Shown here: in pieces, positions 37,101 to 47,585 of the stretch
Layout: every line of letters begins with the position of its first letter
How positions within the stretch are numbered: position 1 is the first letter of the stretch
Source of the DNA: Enoplolaimus lenunculus
Taxonomy: Eukaryota
Length of the DNA: 64,000 nucleotides
Assembly (NCBI GenBank): GCA_030248215.1
Contig: JASANG010000424.1
Location: 310,001 to 374,000 of the forward strand
Direction: 5' to 3'
Program-made: the position numbers and the translations under genes
Notes under the pieces: model-generated
Seen by the model: the letters and a program-made list of their open reading frames with translations, nothing else
What the model was told of the DNA's origin: nothing
The model's database searches: none

Positions 37101-40100
37101 TGAGAGCGTTCTTGCGTTACATTTACACTGTAAAAATGTTGAGTCAAATTGACTCTCTCCGAAATAGGCTCTACGGGATTACACAAACTGAGTCAATTTC
37201 GACTCCGTTAAAAGTCAAACGTTTGACTCAGTTAGTCAAATGCGACTCTGGCGGAGTCGATTTGAACTCAGTTTGTATAATCCCGTGGAGCCTATTTCGT
37301 AGAGAGAGTCAATTTGACTCACCATTTTTTGCAGTGTTGAATAGGTAACCGTTGTTACCTTTGAAACAGAAGTTTAGACAGCGTGCTTGCCTTATATTTA
37401 GAATTGAACGGCTGTCTTTGACGTATTATCGAAAATTGCAAACGACAGCATCTAGCGTTTGAATAAGCATAGTATTGGCTAGTTGATATATACGAAATTA
37501 TTTAGATACCGTTTTAAGCTGCGCGTGATTAGCTGAGGTAACGACAGCTTCACTTGTTAAAAAGAGTTAAAAGACTGCCGTGTTGTGATAGTAGTTTTAA
37601 CATTAGCCAATTTATTGAAACATAAAATTGAACAATTTGTTTCATTTTAAAACTGAATTTTTTAACAACAACACCTACACTTCTAGAATTCTAGTAACTG
37701 TCGTTTGAAAAGTTCACAAGTAACATCAATAAGCATCCGTCTATAGCCCGTGCATTTTTCCACACCGCGTACGCGAGCTAAAGTAAACAACGCAATAATT
37801 GGAATTTCCGTGAAGATTCCACTGTCACCCTGTGTTCAGTTACAATTGTATCACTGGGTACTCCAGCAAACTCTATTGTTAGCTTTTTCGGCCCATTTTA
37901 CTTTTAGGGCCGTCCCGGTTTCTGGTGGGTTTGTAAAAGAGTAGGCTTACATTCTTGACTACATTTTTTGCTTAGGTTTAGGCTTAGGCTTAGAAGTACG
38001 CTTAATCTACTGTTACGGCCCTAAAAGTAACATCGGCCCATAGATTACATTTTAAACGACAGCTTACGGTTCTGCTTGGGTGGAACGTTTTTCTGTGAGA
38101 CTACAATAGAGTAAGCTTAAGCTTTAGACTAATTTTTTGCTTAGACTTAAGCTTAGGCTTATGCTTAGGAATACGCTAGATCTACTGTTACGGCCCTAAA
38201 AGTAGCTTGTTCTATACCTATAGTCTGCGTGCACCATTTTTGCTCAATCAGCCGGTTTTTTGAGTTTTCATCATAGTCGTTGACCTGAAAAATTAACACC
38301 AAATGTGTAGATTATTTAGAAAATTTAACTCGTTCGCAGCGAAAGCAAAAGTTATCTGGTACACCTTTAAATATAAAACTCTTTGTAAAACTATCGCTCC
38401 ACCCCAACGCAAATTGATCGACAAATTATCCCCTGCTCTGTTCTATGTTACTAGGATTACCCTTAAGTTCAGTTGGATGGTAACAGTTGTCAATTTCTTA
38501 CCTTAACATCAATAGCAATAGTAGCAGATTGGTCTAAAATGTTCCAAGTTAAAAAATATTTATGCATCAGATACGTTTCACTTTCGTATACATTGAAGAT
38601 TTCGTCATTTTGAGCAACTGACGTTTGCACTGACGTAATCAAGTATTTCGGCGCCGCGTGTGCCATGTCTAAAATATATCGTATTTTCTAAAAAACATAA
38701 ACTTAAATTATAGCTTAACTCAACTAAAATGTGAGTTTAAGTTAAACTGAAATTAATGATTTAAGTTAAACAAGCTTATTTTTAAGTTTAAGGCGTGTTT
38801 AAACTTAGCTTGCTTTAGGTATAAGGTATAAAGTCTGATCAGAAACTATGCAGTTTTAAGAATTCGTTGAGTTGAAAACTAAAAATTATGTCGTATTCTA
38901 ACTGAAATTAAACGTAAACTACAAGATAATCTAGGAAGTTAGGTTAACAATGCTTCATTAGTATAACCTTTAGGTAAATCGAGTTAGTTTAGCCCAGCGG
39001 CTGACCCAGGAATTTATGATTGGAGGTCGGGGGTGGCAAATGTTATGAAACGCAAAAATTGTAAGGTAGAAAAACCTTATCATGTTTATTATCAATAAAT
39101 TTTGAGAGGTGGAAACATTGTAAGATAAGGACCTTATCTATTCATCACAAAACCATTTCTAGGGGAAAAATTGTAAAGTAGGTTGGACCATACCATTTTA
39201 TCACAAAAAATTTCTGATGGCGGCGTATACCCCCCATCCCCTTCTGGATCCGCTAGTGGTTTAAGCTTTTAGATCGTACATTCAATAAATAACTTTTTTT
39301 GCTTTCTTGTACATATAAGAACCACTCAGTTATAATTATTTTGTAATCAACTCAATAGAATTTACAGTGCAAACTTACACATTATACATGCAACTTTCAG
39401 CCAATATATAGAACAGGGTCGTAATAGTAGTACAAGCATACTCCTAAGCCTAAGCCTGAACCTACGCTGAAGTCTAAAAATCAGCGTACACCTATTAAGC
39501 CTCAAAACCTAAGCTCAAGCAAAAACTATCTAAAGCGTAGACTTTGTCTATTGCATCCGCACAAAAAAACCGTTTCCGCATTTAATCATTTACATGGGTC
39601 CAAGTATCATTAGAAAAATTGGCGTGTACCACGTCAATATTCAAGTTGCATGATAGGAACCGACAGTAAAGCTATTCAGCGTCATACGTCTACAAAATAG
39701 TTTCTTGTTTTGACCTTATGGGTATATCAAACGTTATGGGTGGAACGAAACCCCCCATGTTGTTGTTGTTGTTGTAGCATCTGAGGCGTTCATCATCGTT
39801 CGTTTCAACGCCCACACTGTAAATTCCAATGAGTTGATTAATCAATTCAGCTAGTGAGTTGGTTATTTCTGAATTAATATCAGTAAAGATTAACTCACTC
39901 TGAGTTGAGTTGATTCTCACTCTCAGTTGAGTTGACTCTGGGTGAGTTGATTAATTAACTCAGAATGAATTGAATAAACTCAAAATTTTGAGTTCTGATA
40001 GTCCTAACTCAGACTGAGTGATTCAACTCATTCTGAGTTAAAATCAACTCACTGAAATTTACAGTGCAAACGATTAGCAACATCGACCGGCCGGTTTCAG

Positions 40101-43100
40101 AGGTCTATCACTGTCAGCGTTGTTGGTCTTCCTGGACATCTGAATAAGTGGGGAACATTATGCGGGGTTTCGTTGCAGTCCGGGCAGCTATCCACAATGT
40201 CGGGGTTGATTCGCGTTAGGTAGTGGATGGTTACGCGGCTCCAGCTTGACCGTAGCTGGGCGAGCACTGATCTGCTGCCCTCCATCAAACAGTATCGCGC
40301 TGAAAATTTCGGCACCCCTAATTCTCTGTCAGCTCGCGGTACGTTTTCAGATTGGTTAAATAGCTATAAAATACATAGCTAATATAGTATAAAAATTTAG
40401 TGCTATTTTAACATTACGTCATTATAAAACTAAAATTTCAAAAACAAACAAAATATCCTCCCGCGATCGGTTTGGTTCGCCGTTGTTTATACCTGATGTC
40501 GACCGTCGAGATTGAGTGGACACTGGGTCGTGGACATCGTAGTCTATCGAGATTACATGGCGTTTTCTGTCATGATTTGTCATATCCCAAATAGGAATTA
40601 GCATAAGATCATTGCCAGAACGATCGATTGTTGATCGGGTGTAAACTGAAATCAAGTAACGAAGGCAGTCATGTTACGACCCATGTAAAGATCAGAAGCG
40701 GAACGTTTTTCTGCAGGACTGCAATAGAGTGGCAAGCTTAAGCTTGCGACTAATGTTTTGCTTAAGCTTAGGCTTAAGTATAAGCTCATTTTTACGCTTA
40801 GGCTTAAGCTAAGGCTTAGGCTTAATAATATGGTTACGGTCCTGTTCTATGCATTGGCACATGTTTCCATTTCAGAGGGCATAGCGTATTTAAATGCATT
40901 TTTGTGAACGAGAAGGTTTATAATAAACCTTAGTTACATTTTATTCTCCCAGAAATTTTAGAGGGGATGACATATCCCCTGTTCGTTCTCTTGCATACGC
41001 CCCTACACTAAAATTTCAGGGGCGAACCGTGGGGGGTATGAACAGCGTTTTCCCGATCTGAATGTATTTCTGTTATCCATAAAGGGGTCGGTTCACTTCA
41101 CTGAACCATCGTTAACGATTTTTACGGCACTGGCCCGTTCTATGAAAATTCCTTGATTCGCCGCTGTTCAACTGATTTTATAAACCTAAGACTCAAGCGT
41201 AAGATTAAATGTAAGCTTTAACACAAATGTCGAAACCTGATGATACAGCCTGAAATCCTAATCTCAAGCTTAGATCTATTGTTTCGCATCAATTTAAGTA
41301 TGATTTGAGGCGGAAAATTTTAGTCCGTAAACGAATTAATTGCGAAAGTAAAAAGTCTAAGCCCATGAAACGATCAGGGGCGGAACCTTTTCCGTGGGAC
41401 CGCAATACGTCAGCTTCAGCTTTAGACTAATTTTTTGCTTGGGTTTCAAGCTTAGTAATAAGTTTACACTACTGTTACGGTCGTGTTGTATACATCAAAG
41501 AAATGCTAGAAAAAATATCCTTTTAGTGGATTCAAGAACAAATTTGCTAAAATCAATCGTTTTTTCCTTTCATCAAAAATATTCGGCTCGCAATAGATGA
41601 CGTCATCGTCCCATGAAAGGGATGATCTATCTTGAAGTCTTTGTTATTTTTTAATTTAGATCATGCGAAAAAATACTCTAAACTACCCATTCCAATTGCC
41701 CATTGAAACAGTGAAAATGTAAAACTATCAATATCAATAGACAAATCGCGGCATTCTGAGTCCACAGCCCGAGTGACGTCTTTCTGGTTATAGAGCTGAA
41801 TCCATAACGTTGAGTACATCACTATGGTTTCTTGGTAGAATGTTATCATAAACTAAAAATATTTTGCCTAAAATATATTTCAACCAATGGGATTATCACA
41901 AGCAATGTTCCCAATATTGCATACCATATATAGCCAGTTCGTAATAGCGGCCAATGTAGAGAACACGGGCGGAACAGTATTATAAGCATATTCCAAGGCG
42001 TAAGCCTACGCCTAAGCCTTAGCGTAAGAATGAACATATTCCTAAGCCTAGGCTTAAGCCTAAGCCAAGCAAAAAAATTAGTCTAAAGGTTAACTTTACT
42101 CTTTTCTTGTCCCACAGAAAAAAGAGTGTGACACTTGCGTGTTACGAGCAGCTAATTCCATCCGTTAACCAAAAAATGACACACGGGCTTTCGAGTTTCG
42201 CTTTTAAACCGGTCTGGGAAGGATTTGAAGCTTTGGTGGCGCCAAGAGTCAAAAGAAAGGCATTACAGTTAATAAATTGGTGAGCGAAACGAGCGAGAAA
42301 ACAGCGCATGCACTACAAAAAATGGTGAGTCAAATTGACTGTCTCCGAAATACACTGGCGAAGTCGAATTTTGACACAGTTTGAGTAGTCAGGAAAAGCC
42401 GATCTCGGATAGAGTCAATTTGACACACCATTTCTTGCAGTGTGTTTTCGCGCTAAATATTTTATATTGCCACACGAAGCTTTAGATTTAGTCGGATTTT
42501 AGGGTTATCACCAACCCTCGCATTGTCTTTTATGGGCGTCGACTGGACACAGTTGGCACCCATATGCCTGTGTGGCTGTACAATCATGAATATAGGCACA
42601 ATGATCTGTGAAAACCCAGAATTTAGAATGCAAAAAAATGAATTAGTGACGCACAAAGCGTACTAGTTTTAGTGGGGTCCATATTTTTCGTATCACAACC
42701 CCCGTAAAAAATGAAAGGTTTCCACGCCATACCAAACCAAACTGCGAGTTAAAATCCAAAAATTTACCAACAGCGGTATTGTCGGCAAATTTTTTCTTTA
42801 TATCAGGCTGCTTAAAAACTTTTTCTACACAGAGTACACTATGAGCAACTAATATCAATTTTTCGTGAAATAGATTTCTACTGAAATAATACGACTACAC
42901 TGTAAAATTGCAATGAGTTGATTAATTAATACTTCAGCTAGCGAGTTTAGTTATTTTTGAATTAATATCAGTTAACATCAACTCACTTTTCGTTGAGTTT
43001 ATTCTCAGTCTGAGTTGAGTTGACTCTGGGTAAGTTGATTAGTTGACTCAGAATGAATTGAATCAATTCAAAATTATGGGCTGTGATAGTCCTAACTCAG

Positions 43101-46100
43101 ACTGAGTGATTCAACTCATTCTGAGTTAAAATCCACTCACTAAAACGTACGAGTGTAGTCATATGGGAAATGGTAAGTGAAATTGTTTTTTGTTACTGTC
43201 TTTGGCCCATGTAAAGATCAGGGGCGGAACGTTTTTCTGTGGGACTAGAATGAGTATTACCTTAAGCTTTAGACTAATTTTTTGCTTAGGCTTAGGCTTA
43301 GGCTTAGGAATATGCTCAACGCTTAGGCTTAGGCTTAGGCTTAGGAATATGCTTATAATACTGTTTCGCCTCTGTTCTTTGCACTGGTCCTGTCTTTAAA
43401 CATGAGCCCCAACAAGTAAAATAGGTTCCGAATGCAGTCTCCGGTTTGAACCGTTACCTTTAGGCTTATGCTTCAGTTTCCGCGACACCGGTTTTGTTGA
43501 GTTCTATACTTGAACCAAAATATGTATAGAACCCTTGACATTAACATTTTGGTTAGAAAATGTTATTTTTCTTCGTTCTGTGTTAATTTTATTAACTCTT
43601 AAATTTGTCTTTGCTTACAGTATATCCTTCAGATCCATACAATAAGTCAAGAGTTTCATGTGAATAAAATGGTGGTCCATCTGCATCAAGCAGGTGTAAT
43701 GCTTTGAAATACGGATGCCAGCGTGAGTTCGGACCTCGTAGTACTTCCGCTACCACATGAATCGCCGTTGGAAACGCTTTTTCCCACATTAAGCTGGAAA
43801 ATAAGCTGTAACAAGTATGTACACTGAGCAACAGTCGACAAACTACACTGCAAAAAATGGTGAGTCAAATTGACTCTTTCCGAAATTCGCTTTACAGGAC
43901 TACACAAACTGAGTAAAATTCAACTCCACCAGAGTCAAATTCGACACACTAAGTCGCATTTTGGAGAGAGTCAATTTGACTCACCATTTTTTGCAGTGTA
44001 TGAACGCGACATAAAATATAATACACAATGTGTAGTGTTTAAAAGAATTATCACGCGTACGAGCAGTGCGAAAATTCTACAATGAAGCAGCAGCGATGAT
44101 CAGACAGATGTGGGCCCCGAGAAACCCTATCGACGCAATGTCCGTTCGAATATTTTTTGCAAAATAAGGTTTTGAGTTATCACGTCGCCGTATTTTTTAC
44201 CGATTTGGCTAGAAAACATATTTGGTGCTGCGAAATAAACAGCCAGCATAAACTTTCTTTAAAATCACAGCAATATTTCTTGATTGTTGTTGAGAACTCG
44301 CGTTGTTGCCCCGTTGAAAATGTTAAATTCACCGCGATCCGTTACACTCAAAATAACATTTCTGATATTTAAGGAAAAAATTCTTATATTTGAGAAATAT
44401 GATTAGCAAGGTGCACTTGAAAAGTATTTCTGTTTATAACAGAAATGTTTTCAAAAAACGTTTTGAAATAAAGTCTGAAAATAAACGTTTTCCTTGTTAT
44501 TTTTAGAAAAATTGTCTTAAATATCAGCAAAACTTTTCAGATTCGCCACAGCAAACATTTTTCTGAATAAATTCAGAAATCCTTTCTTGTGTGTAGTACC
44601 TGAACTTAGCTCGCTGTTGGCTTTCATTCATCGTTCCGAAACAACGTTCAAATGTCGGTTTGAACGCGATCATTGATAAAATGAAATTCAACGGAACTTT
44701 TGCGATTACATGATTGACTGGCAGATTTCGAGTCGCAAATAATCCCATACCAGCGTCTTAAAAATTGAAAACATTTTCAACTCGCGTCGAAATTAGTTTT
44801 GCGTAAAACTTTTCAATTTTAGAATAATGTTTGCCAATCTTTGGTTCTTATGAGTCCAAATGCCGAATAGAGCTAATGAACAAATATAATCGGTATATAA
44901 TAAACGTTACTTCCAGCGCCGGATCAGCCTTCCCCCATACCTTTTATTTGGGGGCTCTACCCTAAATTGGGGCCACCCCACCAACAAGATGTTGAACAAA
45001 AAATTTGAAAAAATCTTTTGATCATCGCAAGGAGCCGGCACCCGGGAATTTTGGGGGCACCGTAGCCTGCTCCGGGACTGGTTACCTGCTCTTCGCTTAG
45101 ACAATCGTATCTACGAACATCGTCAGTATAGTAATAGGGATAAACCTTTCACTAACCCTGTTTTACATGATTAGCTTATCGCCGTAACACGAACCGAATT
45201 AATCATTTTTTTCTGGTTTGCTTTTAGGCTCCAGGTTGCAACCAATAAAAAAACTCCAAAGCCAAAATTTTAAATTGTGAAAAATGAAACGAACCTTTTG
45301 ACACCCTCACTTCAACTCCGTTTAGACTTAAATGTTTTTGTGCCCAACTCGTCAAATCGACAATTTCTTTTGATCGATTAGCCGTTTTTAAATATTTAAG
45401 ATACGCATTTTCTGAAACAAAAACTCAATTTAAAAATCAGTTTGCGCTACAATTTTTATTTAATTGCAAAATTTAGAAATTCGTTTATTGATTGATTTGA
45501 GCAGTTTTGTTGTATACACGACTAGTTAGTATAGCGAGCGAGAAAATTTGTTTTACTTTACACCGACCGATGCAAACAACATGAGCGCAACGTTTTTGTG
45601 CCGGACTGTCATAGAGCAAGTTCTAACTTTACACCTATTTTTTGTACTTTACACGTATTTTTTGCTTAGGCTTAGGATTAGGTACAGGCTTAGGTTTAGA
45701 CGTAGGCTTAAGCATAGGCTTAGGCTTAGGCTTAGAAATATGCTTATACTACTGTTTCGGCGCTGTTCTATACATTGGTCCTTACAGCATGCAGAAGTGA
45801 ATTTTTTCTAGTCTCCAGGAATTTCAGTCGGTTATATTTCCTGGTATTTTGTTTAATAAACTTCATAACGCATGATATAAATCCTAATAAATTTAACTAT
45901 GCTCTGCAAAAAATGGTGAGTTCAATTGACTCTCTCCGAAATAGGCTTTTCTGGACTACACAAACTTAGTCAAATTCGACGGCTAAGTCGAATTTGATTG
46001 TGGTGGGAGCCGAATTTTGACTCAGTTTGTGTAGTCAGGAAAAGCCTATTTCGAAGAGAGTCAATTTGATTTACCATTTTTTGCAGTGTACCACGTTTAC

Positions 46101-46377
46101 AAAAAATTCGCTGTTTAAAAGATAAAACCAAATAATTTTGAAATTTTGCACCGTTTTGAAGCGAGTTCACTTGAGCAATAATTCGATGCAACTGATCATA
46201 CGAGTCTCGGCTTATCCAGTAACGGGTTGCAATATCTTTTGCAGTTGACAGAAGTAAATATATTTTTTTGTGCGTTTTGTTGTATTTAACATTAGTTTGA
46301 AAGCTGTCTGCGTATCGAACAAATTGTGATAACGACGCTGTCAGCAAAATTAAATTAATCATAAGAAAGCAATACAT
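34111..46377 (-). CDS. SETD3-like (SET + Rubisco-LSMT-type) methyltransferase, ~629 aa, with predicted signal peptide and C-terminal hydrophobic anchor; exons 46377-46152, 45411-45295, 44756-44600, 43805-43619, 41852-41687, 40645-40493, 38668-38502, 38284-38218, 36475-36377, 35529-35419, 34550-34111
   Basis: Eleven phase-compatible exons give SET-family motifs in the correct order: IVDLTSWAQKH, DAGMGLFATRNL...AKVP, AEVLRGPNSRWHPYFKAL, FTFSLFQWAIGMVYTRS, LIPIWDMTNH, QNDEIFNVY, and the LSMT-like AWDYLKLRVQTKLLGY. The exon-1 donor (G|gtgcaa) is the weakest junction. Confidence 0.85.
34571..34711. mobile_element. TTAGGC MITE, short form
   Basis: TIRs; TSD acataatt/acataatc. Confidence 0.75.
35697..36210. 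mobile_element. TTAGGC MITE with ~7 tandem copies of a ~53-bp subterminal unit
   Basis: Perfect TSD atttaaac; unit atgttgctttaaggggcgtccaggtttctggtgggtctataaaagagtaggtt repeated over 35702-36070. Confidence 0.85.
39759..40330 (-). mobile_element. 3' fragment of a non-LTR retrotransposon with a (CAA)n tail
   Basis: Encodes VLAQLRSS...CPDCNETPHNVPHLFRCP..PTTLTVIDL (CCHC motif typical of LINE ORF2 C-termini); (CAA)5 tail at 39759-39774; interrupted by a MITE. Confidence 0.75.
39815..40066. mobile_element. CACTG MITE inserted in a LINE 3' fragment
   Basis: TIRs cactgtaaatt...aatttacagtg with a CA/CA 2-bp TSD. Confidence 0.8.
43204..43389. mobile_element. TTAGGC MITE
   Basis: TIRs and perfect TSD ctgtcttt. 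Further copies near 13050, 15722, 16141, 22760, 29235, 29572, 31567, 32967, 33684, 35212, 36509, 37890, 39400, 40678, 41949, 47717 and 48269. Confidence 0.85.
43846..43998. mobile_element. CACTG MITE, gagtcaaattgactc subfamily
   Basis: Long TIR cactgcaaaaaatggtgagtcaaattgactct with TA/TA flanks; copies at 13981-14123, 23161-23391, 37126-37336, 42311-42442, 45901-46088 and 61779-62002. Confidence 0.8.
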
Positions 46378-46534
46378 TTTATAAAATTTCCTCAACCTGA
46401 AGTAGAGTAATACTATGAGATCAATTTAGCCACGGCTGTGCAGCAAAATTAAATTAATCATAAGAAAGCAATACATTTTTTAAAATTTCCTCAACCCGAA
46501 GTAGAGTAATACTATGAGATCAATTTAGCCACGG
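46342..46534. repeat. tandem duplication (period 99 bp) covering the SET gene start
   Basis: 46342-46435 and 46441-46534 are nearly identical. Confidence 0.9.
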
Positions 46535-46554
46535 GTTTGCTCTCGATGTATCCA

Positions 46555-46943
46555 CCAGGGTGCAACCGGAGATGAAAAATGCCGGAACCGGAGGTCAACA
46601 AAACTTGCAGAAGCCGGAGCCGGAGGTCAAGCCGAAAGTGAGGTGAAATTAGGTAATTAAAATGATGTTTGATTTGTTACTTTTAGCAAATATTTGTAAT
46701 GTGTTGTTAAACCGTTTGGTTTTATACGCTTATTTACAAAATCTCGGCAGATCATTTCTCAAAATTGCGCCTGAAGTTAAAACGAAACGAACCAAACAGA
46801 TGAATTTTGTAAAACTATACAAAATTTCACTACCGAAATTGTCTCGAACCTCCGGCAAAATTTCAACTGGAGCCGGAGCTAGAGCCGAGGGTCGATTTTC
46901 TGTAGGAACGCAGAGCCAAATGCAGACCTCCGGTTGTACCCTG
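46555..46943. mobile_element. hAT-like MITE with CCGGAG subterminal repeats
   Basis: TIR ccagggtgcaaccgga / tccggttgtaccctgg; related pieces at ~50360-50775, ~55290-55440 and ~62715-62952. Confidence 0.6.
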
Positions 46944-47096
46944 GTATGCGCAAAGCACAGTGTTTGCCAAAAATACTTACTACGTAGGTTGACAACGTGT
47001 GAGAGATACACGGACAGGCTCAAGCACCAAGTCTTATCCCTTATAGTAAATCACTCACGCCTTAGATTCATAAATTAAAATTCTAGCTTGAAATTA

Positions 47097-47585
47097 GGTC
47101 CGATATTTTCAAATGTGTATAGCAACTATCATCGGTTACGAAATAGGTTTTCAAACTGTGACTAACTATTGCGCTTGTTGAATTCAAAACTGGCACAGGA
47201 GAAGACCAAATCATATGCGAAATGTGCGCTGAAGTTCATAGCATCAGCGTTGCCTTATTTGAAAGTTACAAGACCTATCACCAACTAACTAAACTACACT
47301 GTAACTTTCAGTGAGCTGCTTTTAACTCAAAAGGAGTTGAATCACTCAGTGTGAGTTAGGACTTTCAGAACTCAGAAATTTGAGTTGATTCAATTCATTC
47401 TGAATTAATTAATCAACTCACTCAGAGTCATCTCAACTCAGAGTGAGAAACAACTCAACTCAGAGTGAGTTAATGTTTTACTGATATTAATTCAGAAATA
47501 ACCAAGTCGCTAGCTGAATTGATTAATCAACTCATTGGAATTTACAGTGCAGTAATCGGTGTACACACATTTGAGAATACGGGCT
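47097..47585. mobile_element. Harbinger-like MITE (GGCCCGTATTCTCAAATGTGT TIR) with a nested CACTG MITE (47297-47549)
   Basis: Inverted termini; a related element at 22592-23039 contains a nested TTAGGC MITE. Confidence 0.6.

Noticed and set aside
45786..45883. Extra exon of the SET gene (ag...gtaagg on the minus strand)
   Set aside because: Its open frame ends in phase 0, which is incompatible with the phase-1 exon at 45411
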